Positions 35,071-48,499 of a stretch of DNA of 64,000 nt are shown one piece after another (the first letter of the stretch is position 1; each line of letters opens with the position of its first letter). Under the pieces are notes generated by a model. That model was not told the origin of the DNA. It worked only from the letters and a program-made list of their open reading frames with translations, and searched no databases. Source of the stretch: Lytechinus pictus (lineage: Eukaryota); contig NC_087245.1 of NCBI RefSeq assembly GCF_037042905.1, forward strand, positions 2,296,001 to 2,360,000, in the 5' to 3' direction. The translations under genes and the position numbers were made by a program.

Positions 35071-36099
35071 CCGTAAACCACATCAGCGAAAATCAATGTC
35101 ATTATCAAAAAAATTTACAAGCTTGTAGCGGTGCAAGCATTAAAAAAATAGGGGCTCATGTACTTGTTTTCAAACTATCAGCAGTTTTGTTGGAGCAAGT
35201 GTGATATTTAAAACACCAAAACGTCACCAAAGGCTTTGTATCTATGTGAGGAAAATTTCTAAACCACTCTATCATATATTCGATCTCGAGGTCATATTCG
35301 TCATACTTTGCAGCACTTCAAAAGCAAAGTATTCGGAAATTGTAGTGGTGTTTAAAAGTATTGGTTCATGGATTAATTCAAGCTCCAGTAAGAATGTAGA
35401 TCGTTTGAAAAACGACTGATACCTATAGCTAATCAATCACCTGTTTATCCATTGTGACGTCAATGCGCATGGCAAAATATATGCGCAGATCATGATGCAC
35501 ACAAACATAACTGTGGAACGTCCTTAAACTGGGCTAGTTCAGACATTTCAACTGGGAGCGAGAGGTGGGGTCAAATTCTGGTCGTGAGATCATGCATGTA
35601 ATACATGCTGGGTGTGAACCAATATCAGGTTACTCAGACCATTTCTTCCTCCTCAAACTTCTGCTCCATAAGGACGGCCTCTGACATTCCATGATCCAAT
35701 GACACAAAAAGTAGTCTGCACTTGAAGCAAACAAAAGCTCTCCTGTATCTTGCTTATGACCTAAATCTGAAAACACTCAAACAAAAGGTTAGACACTGCA
35801 TGGATGATGCAAATTTCAAGGAAATAAGGTCGTAAAAGAGTCATGAAAACGCATTTGCCCCCTTTAGTCCCAAATTTTAGTCCAATAAAATTAGTCCCCA
35901 CACACAAAAAAAAATTAACAAAAATCTACAAAGTATACTCACCCATTTCCAGATCCTCCTTGGTCCACCTCATCCCTCATCCTATTATATTATATATTCC
36001 TTCAGTATCTCTCTAAATCCAGTGTACCCAATTCTAAACAGTCCCTTACCCTATACTCCGTACCTTGAAGGCATGTGGGTCTTTTTATTGGATTTCATC

Positions 36100-36480
36100 A
36101 CAAAGAAAGAGTTCATACTGTTTTGGTTGTTGGCAATCAATCCCTAGTATCCAGTGTAAAGGATATCATCATAAGGAAAGAATCCATACTGATATGTCCG
36201 CAATCCATTCCTAATATCTACAGTGACTGGTAAAGTGTAACACATAACGAAAAAGTCCACTTGATCTGTTAGGGTTGTAAGCAATGCAACCTTAGCATCC
36301 AGAGTATAGGATATCATCATATTACGGAAAGAGTCTATGCTGTCTATCTCTAGTATCCACAGAGATTGGTAAAGAGTCCATACTGTAAAGGTTGTCAGAA
36401 TCCATCCCTAGGTGAGGGGCTCAAACGGGAAGAGCCTAAAGTATCTGGGCCATCAGCAATCCATTTCTATTTTCCACAAT
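36100..36480. repeat. Degenerate tandem repeat (~65-80-bp units)
   Basis: Recurring AAGAGTCCATACTG...GCAATCCATCCCTAGTATCCAC and GGATATCATCATA. Confidence 0.55.
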
Positions 36481-36599
36481 GACTAGTGTATCAGTGTTCT
36501 CTATTAAAATTCATATAAATCATGAAACTGTTGAAGTTATGTCATTACCTTGTTTCTTAGTCCTTCAGCATGATTTCTATAAAGGGAAGCCATCACAAT

Positions 36600-39500
36600 G
36601 AAAGAATCTATAGTGGCTTGAGAATTTGTCTCATCCTGTCAGATCTGGCTAGAATGACATTCAATAAAATTGGCCTCTTGTAACCACCTCATGTGGCTGG
36701 AAGAATATCAGAAAAAAATACATGATTTTATTATATGTACCTGTTAGACTGGTTTGCCATGACCTAGCATAGTACATGTTCTTACGCAAGGAGAGGGGAT
36801 GGTAGGAGAGACACTGGGAGATACATTAAATTGTCTTGTAAGTAACCAAATCAGGTATGATTATTCTTACATACATCAATAACTCTATGTATAGATCTGC
36901 CCATTATGCTAGACCAGCAAGCTACATGTACAGTCTCAGGTGGCATGTCCTATAAAGTAAGGAGCCCATGAGAGCTGGCAGTGTAGGCCAATGACTTGTG
37001 GGAAGAAAAAAGTAATTTTCTTCACCAGAAGGGCCTAAAGCAAAAACACCTATTATAGATATAAAATGTAGTAATCAAGAGGAAGTATTCACATGGAGAG
37101 GTGAAAGCTGATAGTCCCAGTGGGATTCTTACACCTTTACCAAAAACCACATAAGCACCAAAACAGACAACCAACCTAGGCTAGCTTTTCTAACATGGAA
37201 TAAGGAATTGCAAAGGGACTTTGACGCAAACTCATTTGCCCAACAGTGATCGCCTGATTCTTGGTTTATTAAAAAGGTCACATATATTCCCATGAAAATT
37301 GCAAGGAAAAAAGTCCTGATGCCGTGGTGACCAAAAAAATGGTTAAGCGTTAAGAAACACAGAGGCATGAAGGGCCATTTTCCTAGCTCTCAGGGGCCTA
37401 AAAGGGGCTTCAGGAGAAAGCTAGCTAAGGAAAGGCGGGTTGTTTAAAGTAAATCAATCCCCGCAGGCAAGAAGATGATAGAAGTAAGGTTGCCCCTGAA
37501 CTATATGGATAGCCTTACGATATATCATAAAAGAGCCTAGTGTGAGCTACAAAACCTGATAACAAAGACAGATAAAGACATCACATTCACTATTAAAAAC
37601 TGTAATGACTTCATGTCCTTGTCTGGAAAGGAGATCTGATATACTCCTTACTTTCCAAGGCTAAGAACTGAGAAGTACACTCCAAGAAACAAAGGCTTGC
37701 AATTATCCTAAAGTGGTCAAACGGTCAAGAGAAGCACCGCTGCCCAAGGATGAAGGATTCCTCCAAGAGGCTGGAATACAGAGTCCAGTCATAGAATGAG
37801 AGGTTGAGGATCTCAAAAGTAAAGAGGGCTATTTAATACATAGGCCAATACAGAGAACATTAGCCTAGGAACTGAGAAGTACACTCCAAGAAACAAAAGC
37901 TTGCAACTATCCTAAAGCTGTCAAACGGTCAAGAGAAGCACCGCTGCCCAAGGATGAAGGATTCCTACAAGAGGCTGGAATACAGAGTCCAGTCATAGAA
38001 TGAGAGGTTGAGGATCCCTTTCTAATAAAAAAAACAAGAATAGAGAAACCAGTCTTGCTTACCTAAGCTACACGACCTGACATAGGAGCAAGGCTCTGGT
38101 CTCAAAAGAAAAGAGGGCTAAGAACAAGATAACATAGGCCAATACAGAGAACATTAGCCTGGCAGAGATGGAGTGGTGTCGTCACGTGGGTGTATTGGAT
38201 TAGAAGCCAAGGGTGTTTGGGAACAGAGGGGAACGAACAGGGAGAAAGACAGTGTCCCATTAATAGCAAGCTACCTAGGAGACACCAAATTGTATGCATC
38301 ATTAAATGCTGAGAAAAGGGAAGGAGCCCAAAATAGAGCCCTTCATCCTCACTCCCCGTTTTGCTGAAAAACTGTGATAAATAGCTGCAAACCACTCCTG
38401 ATTTGCCTAGGGCAGAAGTACTGGAGGAACGAGCCAAAGTTCTCCTCCAAAAAGCATTGAGACCTGAGAAACACAAAGAAACATGTCAATCTCTGCGTGA
38501 CCAAGGCTGTAAAGAAAGGGTCTGATAAAAAAGGCGGAACAAGCAAGATAGTGGGTAATTGTTCATCCATGAGAAAGATATGAACTCTATTAAGACAACA
38601 ATCACAGTATGGCAGTATGGTCGGGGGGGGGGGGGGGGAGCCAAAAGCCAACGATGGTAGGTAAGAGGGAATAGCGGGCAAAACGTCCCTAAAAACCAAG
38701 ATAAGAGTCACTTATCAGTGTAGGAGAGACACTGAGAGATACATTAAATTGTCTTGTAAGTAACCAAATCAGGTATGATTATTCTTACATACATCAATAA
38801 CTCTATGTATCTGCCAGCAAGCACATGTATAGTCTCAGGTGGCATGTTCTATAAAGGAAGGGGCTCATGGGAGCTGGCAGTGAAGGCCAATGACTCGTGG
38901 GAAGAAAAAAGTAATTTTTCTTCATCAGAAGGGCCTAAAGCAAAAACACCTATTATAGATATAAAATGTAGTAATCAAGAGGAAGTATTCACATGGAGAG
39001 GTGAAAGCTGATAGTCCCAGTGGGATTCTTACACCTTTGCCAAAAACAACATAAGCACCAAAAACAGACAACCAACCTAGGCTGGCTTTTCTAACATGGA
39101 ATAAGGAATTGCAAAGGGACTGTGACGCAAACTCATTCCCCCAACAGTAATTGCCTGATTCTTGGTTATTAAAAAGGTCACATAAATTCCCATTAAAATG
39201 GCCTGGGAAGAGGCAAATTGCAAGGAGAAAAGTCCTGATGCAGTGGTGACCAATAAATGGTTAGAAACACAGAGGCATGAAGGGCCGTTTCCCTAGCTCT
39301 CAGGAGGCCTAAAAGGGGCTTCAGGAGAAAGCTAGCTAAGGAAAGGCGGGTTGTTTAAAGTAAATCAATCCCCGCAGGCAAGAAGACAGAAGTGGGATGC
39401 CCCTGAACTATCTGGATAGCCTAACGATATAGCCTTACGTCAATCTCGGCATGACCAAGGCTGTAAAGAAAGGGTCTGATCAAAAGGGAGGGGAAGCAAG

Positions 39501-40750
39501 ATAGTGGGTAATTGTTCATCCATGAGAAAGATAGGAACTCTATCTAGAAATGCAACAATCACAAGAGCAGTTGGGTGGGGGGGGGGGGCCAAAAGCCAAC
39601 GATGGTAAGTAAGAGGGAATAGCGGGCAAAACGTCCCTAAAAACCAAGATAAGAGTCACTTATCAGTGTAACTGGCTTTTTCTGCTGATTGCTCTGAATA
39701 GGAGTAAAGGGTTCACCTTAGAGGCATGAGTAAGTAAACATTATCTTTCTATTGTGATAACATGAGCTCAAACTACTCATGCAGAAATCAAACGATGGTA
39801 GTGAAGTGTATGAGATCCAGTCAGTGATGTGACCTCTCACAGCTAGAAACTGCTGTCTCACACAGGGACAGATGCTGTCAGGACTAAGGCTAGGAAACCA
39901 GGGTCATGAAATTTCACTCAGAATAAGCAGTGATAGTGATTTTACTCTCCTAGATCTTGTGCAAAGCAGTTTCGAGCTGGCTAGCAGAAGACAGTCGTTA
40001 GGATAGACAAAGATATCATTCACCTGTTTGCATCCAGTTATTTCATCACAGAGAAGAGATAGTGCTCAAACCCTGAGTGTAAGACTCTCTGAGAGAACTC
40101 CATGTAATGAGTCAGTATAAAATCACTAGAAACCAATTATCGGAGTCGAATACAAGAGGTTCATCTGACCTCAGCACAAGACCTTGCGAAGGTGGTAAAT
40201 GAGAGCATACCTGCATGGCAAAGACCTTGCCTGAGTAGTGTTCCCTCTCCCTGGCTCCAGCTCTGTCAAAAGGGGAGAGATGTATAATGGATGAAAAGGC
40301 ATCTATGTCCTCCTTACACAAACATGGCCAGCATGAGAATGAGATGTGAACCCAAGCAGGCAGCAGTCCACGAGAGACAAAGGATCTTGACCTGATGAGT
40401 TACTTAGTTGTGGGTTCAGAATGGGGTTGAAGCTACCGAAGATCAGAGCTTGAACAGATTATATGGAAACTGACTAGTGCTGTAATGATGCAGGTTTAAG
40501 AGCCAAGGTGAGCTGATATGTATTTGTCTGTGGAGAAAATGGGGTCACTGCAGAAAGGGGGAGGTAGCTCATATCCTCTTCTTTTTTGTAGCGAGAGGAG
40601 GTAATGAAAGGTATGGTAGGTAAAAATATCTTTGGCTTATAGTGAGGCAAGCACGACCCTGGCAGGTTAGGAGCTTGAAAAGAATCGGCATCCAACATAA
40701 ATGGAATGTGGGGAACCTCTCTTGGCTAGAAATTTCCATTATATAATGGG
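36600..40750 (-). mobile_element. Highly decayed, internally duplicated Ngaro/DIRS-type tyrosine-recombinase retrotransposon
   Basis: Frameshifted minus-strand motifs: FRAI..PV...DSYLGF, YLPSLAFGS (LPFG-like) and ITHYL (YLDD-like) for RT; GV.NP..D.QLS (RNase H C-terminus); YKTI.MYLS (YR N-terminal helix). Direct duplications 36802-37523/38720-39431 and 37663-37812/37865-38016. Confidence 0.55.
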
Positions 40751-40755
40751 AGGGG

Positions 40756-41306
40756 CCCGGGGGGGCCACTTCCATTCACGAGTGGATACCATGCGCGACC
40801 ATGGGGTCTCGAAAAGCACCCTAAACACGTAATTTCCATATTCTGAAAATGCACCCCTTAACAAGTATTGGCGTGTGAAACCCTACCCTTAACAAGCATT
40901 GGAAACAAAACGATACTCTTGGCAAATATTCCTTGAAATGAACCCCTAAACAAGTACAGGAATGGTTTATTGTTACGGGTCCTTCGGTCGTCGGCTTTAC
41001 CTTATTTGGTTTAGTACGACCCCACCTTCTACACCTCGCGCAAATCGGACTCTAAACACGAAGTGTTGGGGCAAAATGGACATCCTTTATAAAACATTTT
41101 AATTTTGTTTTATCATTCCCGCAAATTCGACCCTAAACACGTAATTTTCCTAGCGAAATAGACACCCTTTTTTCATTATTTTTGTGTTTTTGACACCCTT
41201 ATCACGTTACGTACGTAACGTGCCCTATCGTGAAAAGGACATCCTTTTTACGTGTTTTTTTGGTCGCGCATGGTATCCACTCGTCAATGTAAGTGGCCCC
41301 CCCGGG
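40756..41306 (+). mobile_element. Young 551-bp CCCGGG-terminus MITE with an 8-bp TSD, copy 1
   Basis: GGGAGGGG-CCCGGGGGGGCCACTT...AAGTGGCCCCCCCGGG-GGGAGGGG with ~43-bp TIRs. Near-identical inverted copy at 57373-57922. Confidence 0.95.
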
Positions 41307-42821
41307 GGGAGGGGACTGCTTGCTATGAATGACTTGAGCTAAGGACGAACCTTCCTACGTCACGTCTCCTGCAACTTTTAAGACTAAAGTGACACCAGAA
41401 CTGGCAGAGTGGACAATTACATCCAGAGCATGCCGACAATGGTCAGCATAGCTTCATTAATACTGAATAGGCTATTTCAATGCCTAAAAAGACAGGGGGT
41501 TGAGACTTGGCCATTGATCATCGATCGCAACGACAATTGGCACGCGCGTTACCCATGGCCTAAATTATATTCACTTTGTTTTGTTTTAAATAATCAATTA
41601 ACACCGAAATAATCAACTACTCAATTAGGAAGACAAGGATTAAATATCTAACTTGTCATTAATTAACCATGTACAAGAGAAGTAAGAAGAATTATATTAA
41701 CTAAATAATCCATCAAGCCAGAATAAAAAATAAAGAATAAAAGAGAGGATTGAAACCAATTTTAAACCTATAAAAGGGAGCTAAATAAAAAGAAATCAAG
41801 ACCGGCTGAAAACTTATACGGAAAGCTGGAGAAATAATTCAGGTTTCAAACCTAAACAGAGCAAAAGTGACGCACGAAACTTCCGCTGTGAAGCTAGGGT
41901 GGAAATATTCAGTGAATCATTCACGTAACAAAAGACGGGGATAAATCATGTCAGGGCATCCAACAAAAGTGCATCATGCAAGAGAGAGCGTGGAAAGGCA
42001 ACGGGATGACAAAGATCTCACATAGGCACCATGTACAAAAGGTACACGGCTGAATGGAGAAGCAATTTAGAAAATCGCTTAATATGTCTCACTCAGAGAA
42101 TTTTTTAAGAACCAAAACACCAATACCAAAGTAATAAGGGTTGGCAATGAATCTGGTGCAAAGTAAACAAACAAAATGCCATATAAACTGTATTTTGGAA
42201 GTGTACTTAGCTCTTTCACAAAGAGATTTCTTCACTGCAAAAGAAAAGCAAAGATGAAGATAGAGAGTTAAACCTTCGGAAGTGCATGGTTATAGTTCGA
42301 CAGGAGATGGCGCTGTTGCAATTTTTAATTGTTTACTATATTCGAGGGCAGTTCATTAAATATAAACTAGCAAAACTACATGGATACATCACGATTATTG
42401 AAGTAAATCATTTTATCCTCTATATATGGTCCATTCCTATACAAATATTACAAGATAAATTGTTAGGAACTACCCAGAAAAAATATATCTACATAGCTTC
42501 ATATTTATAGGTCATAAAAGCATGTCAAATGATTCTATAATCCCTATATACATTACTGTGTAGTTAAATATTTGTATTTTCCTGCGGTACATCATAGAGC
42601 AGGATTTTTTTTTTTTGTATATGCACATTCATGAATGATTACGTAACGGGTTCTGTGGAAGCGGGAAGGTTTGAATACTTTTATGCAGGTGGAAGTTTAT
42701 TGTGCTTGAGGAGAAAGGAATGTCGGGGAAGGTATAATTGGGAAGGAGAAAGGCGTGGGAGCCATTCTAGCTTTGTCAGATCTTCTTACAACACGCAGAC
42801 TGAGTCGGGGGCAGAGACAGC

Positions 42822-43560
42822 ATGGAGTCGACAGACATCGCTAATTTAGTCCGAGAAGAGGTTTTGGAGACGCAAAACACTCTACTTATTAAGCTAGAAA
42901 CGCTCGTTTCAGAAAAGCTAAATAATTTCCAGAAGGAAATAAGCAATTCACAACCAGTTTTGAGCAAAGTACAGATCACTAAAATCCAGGAGTTAAAAAG
43001 CACAGCCTTCAAGTTAAAAAAGAAGGTCAACAAAGAGCAGTATAAGATAAACACTAAGATCTATCAGAAATTCGCGGAAGCTGAAGCTATTCTCAAACAA
43101 GATCCTGAAATAAACGCCGCTACTTCGTCTGACTTAGAAAAAATCTCAGAAGGTAAAGACATTTTAAAGCACAGGCAGAAGATAATTAAACTAGCCGACC
43201 AGTCTCTGTTTGGTTGGCTCACAGAATACGAAATGAACTCTTATCGCTCAAGGTTCGGACGACAAGAAGAAAATTTGGAAGGCAGAGGCCAGGGCAAAGC
43301 GAAAGATGAATCAAGCGCCACGAAAGAAATTTGTTCCTCTTTCTTGCCCATATGGTCTCGAGAAGCAGCCAACCCCTATTTCGTCTTGGCCCAGCGTCAA
43401 ACCTCATGGACAGCATTGGGACTTCAAGAGGAGAACTGGGGCTTGCTTCGCTTGTGGGAAGTTCGGGCACTGGCGTTTCGAATGCAGAGATGTGACATCC
43501 AACAAGGAAGCAAGTAAAGAAAAGATAATTCAAATTTTCACGTTCAGTTCGATAATGTGA
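42822..43560 (+). pseudogene. DIRS/PAT-like ORF1 (gag-like) with a CCHC zinc knuckle, frameshifted
   Basis: KHRQKIIKLADQSLFGW..EY motif in ORF 42822-43517. CFACGKFGHWRFEC lies in the shifted frame 43306-43560. Confidence 0.8.
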
Positions 43561-43859
43561 ATTTTCAGAATAATGAAAGTACATTTGCAAACGGCAAAAA
43601 AGTTACAGAGGTTGAGATAAATTCTGAATCGGGTTTTAATCTGAAAACTCCTGTTGGAAGGCTAAAAATCGCAAAAGAAAAATGGAAAGAAATTGGAACT
43701 TGTCATTGTATTTTGGATGTGAAGAGAAATATGCAACAGTTTGAATACAAGAGCCAGTTGGCAAGCACCAATTAAGGTTGGAAGCGAGACAAAAGAAGAT
43801 ATCAATTTTCGGTTACATAATGTTGACTGCTTGAATGAAATAAGCAAAATACCGAATTG

Positions 43860-44578
43860 TACTATGTTTACAGATGCAGCAGAAACCGGTTTCGGTGGTT
43901 TTGTAGCCAATTGGAGGAACTGGTGGTTACTGGAAGTTGGTCAAAGAGTGAAAAGGAAATGACTGGGCAGAGTGTTCAGTTGAACACTGATAACATAAAT
44001 GTTGCAACCATGTTGAAATGGGGAGCAAGAAGAATGATTTACATTCACAAGTTATCAGTATATATGATAAATGTAAATCAGGTAATATAAGTATTCAGCC
44101 AGTATGGATAAGAAGGGAGATTAACCACATAGCAGATGGCTTGAGCAGAAAGGGAGATAGTGATGATTGGTGTATTGATGAGAATGTATACCAGAATTTA
44201 GATATTTTATGGGGTCCATATGATATCGACAGGTTTGCTAATAAATACAATAACAAATGTGTCAGATTCCATTCCAGATGGTGGTGTCATGGTACAAGTG
44301 GCATAGACGCTTTTAGTCAATCGTGGAAAGATTGCATTAATTGGTGGGTTCCTCCCCCAAGATTAGTTAACAAATCGATCAATAAAATAGTAAAAGAAAG
44401 TGTAAACGGTACATTGATCATACCTCTTTGGAAATACGCTCCATTTTGGCCAAAAATAAATCAAGATGGTGAATTTGTATCATTTGTAAAAGAAAAAAAA
44501 ATGTTTGATTCCAGTATAACAAGTATAACAATGGTATATTCGGTAATAGCAAATACCGGTTCGGGATGGTTGCAATGA
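43860..44578 (+). pseudogene. DIRS-type RNase H followed by a DNA N6-adenine methyltransferase-like domain
   Basis: FTDAAETGFGG(fs)GSWS..TDNINV..WGSKK..PVWIRREINHIADGLSR, then DDW...WGPYDIDRFA..N.KC.RF...IDAFSQSW....NWWVPPP...GTLIIPLW..APFWP. Confidence 0.9.
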
Positions 44579-45009
44579 GGATTGTATTTTGATTTTTTTT
44601 TTCTCCTTTCAGTACTAGGAATCGAAACAGGTCTTCCTGGCAGGCCACTCCCTGATTATTGATCTAAATTGTTGTTGTGTATGTTTCTTTGGGATTGATG
44701 AGCGAGAAGGAGATATGGTAACAATTTCAGGAAGTGATTATATGTGATAAATTTTAGACTTATAAATAATAGTTTTGTTAAAACAAAAGCATACTCACGT
44801 CAAGCCATGATGTCCACAAAGCCCGTATATCCTGTTCTGAGTCTGTAGAATACCATTTGGATAATTTTCTAAGGTAAAGCCTTGCCAAATATTGCCATGA
44901 TAAACCTTTCATGACATAAAAAGGTGTATTTTACATTTTTGGCCAACCCTTAACAAAGAAAGAACAACTGGCAAATGCTTTAAAACATGACTTTCTTACC
45001 ACCCTAAAC

Positions 45010-45270
45010 CAATGAAATTTGCTTCTCATCTATCCAGTGTCGAAACCTGATGCCTGGGTCCTCACAGTCTAGGTGACAAGCAGGGTCCAGGAGAGGAATT
45101 GATGACCTCAAAATCAGAATACCTTCTGCATCATCTTCATATGAAATGCCAGAGATTGCCCTGAAGGAGTAGAAGGAAAAGAGAAAGGTGTTTAGCCTGG
45201 TAACCCACAGGTGCATGAGGGAAGTGTGAATCCATACGGACCAGAGGTCTAATACCAAGAGAGCCAAAGG
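45010..45270 (-). pseudogene. Possible decayed RTE-like LINE C-terminal fragment
   Basis: RLNTF...FRAISGISYEDD...LRSSIP resembles the post-RT LR.I..ISW.D motif. Confidence 0.35.
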
Positions 45271-47052
45271 ATAGTAAGGGGTGGGGGAGAAAATCAAAGA
45301 GGATTTGGAAAATCATGGGTTATATGGGGGAAAACAAATTATTGAAAATATTAATGTTAATCATACGATTATTACTAGGATTCAGAAAAGAAATATTTTA
45401 TAAATATTTGAGATTGTTTTTTAAAAAGGTTAAAACATTCCTAAAGATTATAAATAACAAAAATTCCAGTACCAAAACAGATTTCTTATATCTGTTATTG
45501 TTTTATGATTTCTTATGTAATTCTTTTTCTTTCTCTTAATTAATTTTTTGACAAACTTGGTTGGTGACATTATTTCAGTCATAAATAGTATCAAATTAAT
45601 ACATATTGTCAATAAAATTTAAATGACACCTTAACAAATTTGAGCTGAAATCATATTTTGCATTGACTTTGTAGATAATATCACTTACTTTTGCCAAAAA
45701 ATATGACTTTGCTGTAAATGACCCCAAGGAGTAATGGGGTCAAGGGTCCTAAAATATGGAAATACCTGGTGAAATAAAATCAAGTGCATCATTTGATACA
45801 TTAAAGGATTTCTACAAAAAAATGTTTATATATAATTTGTATCATTCTTGAGATTTTTCATCTTATGTGTAGGGTCTATCTTGGTATATTAAGCATTATT
45901 TCTATTATACCCCTTAATATATTATGTTAAATAATTCAACCCAAATGCCATGCATGTCAACCTTGTCACAGGGAAAATTGTCTCCTTCTTGTAAGATGAC
46001 ATAATTTGTACATTTCCATTATAATTGTCATCACTATTCATTGTTAATTCTATGCTGAAAATAAATACTGTACTTACACTGTATGAAATCAATAAACGCT
46101 AATGACAATAACTAGTCATTCTTGGAAATATATTTTCTTTTCCTTCTTCATTATTGGGTCCTTTGGATTAAAAAAAAAATCATTTTGTTTTTAAAAAAAT
46201 CGGACTCCGAAGTTGATTGTATAAAATCTGACAAATTATTCTTTTTTTAGTGAAATGGGTGTTCCCTAAGTAAAGATTAATCGAAACTTATTTAAAATAA
46301 ATGTTGCTAACCAAATTTATTTAGCATTTTAGTCAAAGGAGAAAAGCTCTCAATTATGTTCTATGTTGTCCTATGTATATAGCTGTTGTACAAAAGACTC
46401 ATGTACTAGTCTTTGAAAAATTGTGGAGTAAATTGTGATTTATATCAGGAAAATTATTCCCTGGACTCTGAGAAGCACCTTTGAATTCAATAATGAATGT
46501 CGAGCTTCCATTAATCACTATTTAAAATGATATCAACACGTATTAGACAATGTCCAATTGCTGAAAGAGTTGAATAAGAACCCACATTTATGAGGTGTTT
46601 TTATCTAAGTCTATATTGAAATTCCCTTCGAAATTTTTTGTCCCCTATACCCTGGCACCTCAAGAACATAGAATACTTTTAAATTAAGCATATGTATTTC
46701 AGAATAGTTTTCACCATTGTGCTGACATGAATCCATTTGATTTTTTTTTTCATAGGACAGTTGATATGAATGCAGTACAGATTTTCTTTCTTTAAGCAAG
46801 CAACCCTCACAAACATTCTATTTTTCTGACTCAAAGAATGATTATCCATACACGTATAAAGGAATTCAATCTTAAAAGAGATTTAGGGGATAGAGATAGC
46901 TACTGGATACCAAAGTATGAAAATATTTCTCAAGTACAATTTAGAAACAGAGGCAAAGAATGGACTAAGAACAGTACACTGGCCTACAAACACAATAAAA
47001 GAGAGATTTAAACCCCTTGATAAGCCTAAGTGGCACATATTGCCCATGTGCA

Positions 47053-47251
47053 TAGGCGCAGATCCAGGAGGGTGGCAAGCGTGGGCACCCTACAGAATAC
47101 GTTAATTGCGAAATGCAAACCCTGTGAAAATGAACAGTGACCTTTTTTTTTCTGCTCAAGCTATTGGGGAGACAAAAAGGCCTTCATTTTGAAGTCATGG
47201 CCTTTAAAAAAAATTGCATCCCATAAAAGTCCGACTCTGGATCTGCGCCTG
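47053..47251. mobile_element. Small MITE (AGGCGCAGATCCAG TIR)
   Basis: TAGGCGCAGATCCAG ... CTGGATCTGCGCCTG. Related right ends at ~2834 and ~52908. Confidence 0.7.
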
Positions 47252-47573
47252 GTGTCGACATAGACATTTTAGAATCTCTCCAATGTTGATTTCAGGCCGA
47301 GGTAGTTCTCAGCCTCACTAATAAGTAATTCTTTTATAAGTCGGGATAGGCTCAATCGACCGCTGTGTGCGTAGCGTGCAAGGAGACAGTGACAGCTAGC
47401 TGCAAACCATGATTTCTATAGACAGTAAGAACTCAACTTGACAACTCAGCAAGTTTGCTTCAAATTGAAAATAAGTAAAAATATGTAGTGGTATGTGTGT
47501 AAATGTCCAATATTTATCACCTTTGCATGGTTCAGATGTGAGGATGATTATGAACCCCCTTCGCACTATGAAC

Positions 47574-48000
47574 CCAAGGGGGGGGGGGGCACTCACATAT
47601 ATTGGTGGTACGGGGGCATGCCGCTTTGATGACCCTCTTTTTGAGACCTAATTTTCAGTTCTCTAGATACTCCGAATGACAAAAGTTCCATTCAGAATCC
47701 TTACAAAACATGCCTAGCCATGCCAAAATTGTCCAGCTTGAGCACCCATGTGAGAGCTGCACGCTCGGCTTCACATGACTCTCTCCCCCAACAGCTCCAT
47801 GCACTGCTAGCGCCCACATACACATGCACAGCACTAGCATGCACTGTTCCGTAGAATTTTTCACACCGCCCAGTATATATTTAGTTCCCAAAACCCTATA
47901 GTTTACCTTTGTGGTCAGATTCTGAGACCCCAATTTTCGAGTTTTGTGAGGCACATCCCCATCAAAATATTTTTTTTTTTCGAGTGCCCCCCCCCCCAGG
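47574..48000. mobile_element. Poly-G/C-terminus MITE with a 7-bp TSD
   Basis: TATGAAC-CCAAGGGGGG..GCACTC ... GAGTGCCCCCCCCCCCAGG-TATGAAC. Confidence 0.8.
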
Positions 48001-48499
48001 TATGAACTCCAATAAATTTTCATGTAGGTCTAGCTCATAGAAGATCCTTAAAAATTTCCACTTTTTCTTTGAATCACCCACATCATTTGATAGGTTACAG
48101 TTAAGAATTCTTCAATTAAAAATGATAAAATATTAAAAATAATTTAAAGGATAAAAATCTATTAAAAAATTAAAATCATATGAGAGATAAAAATGCTAAA
48201 AAGAATTCAAAAAATAATCTTTAAGTAGAGATGCAAATTTCAAACATTTCAAAATATGGTTGAGGCATTCTCCATTGTTTTTTTTTTCACTTCATTTTTA
48301 TTTAAATCCTTCAGTATGATGATAAACTAAGTTATTCAACTAAATAACCTGACTTATAAAGTGACTTCATCTGTTAATATATTGACCTTAACCCTTACCC
48401 CTCTTTGAAATCTCGGCCGCCGATGGCCCAAACACAGGGAAAATTGGCATGATAACTGTGTGGGATGTACTCTACAAGCCTGTATGGTTAATTTATTTC

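Larger units (their letters stand above)
33776..35523. mobile_element. TTAA-flanked TIR element (Kolobok-like) with nested insertions
   Basis: TTAA-GGACGTTCCAGTTA ... TAACTGTGGAACGTCC-TTAA. Confidence 0.7.
42630..44760 (+). mobile_element. Internally deleted DIRS/PAT-like retrotransposon
   Basis: Order is gag-like ORF1, start of ORF2, RNase H, methyltransferase. The RT core and tyrosine recombinase were not found, and the termini are not resolved. Confidence 0.85.

Noticed and set aside
44018..44578. Horizontally acquired bacterial/phage Dam methylase
   Set aside because: It lies directly downstream of a DIRS RNase H, the normal position of the methyltransferase-like domain in these elements.
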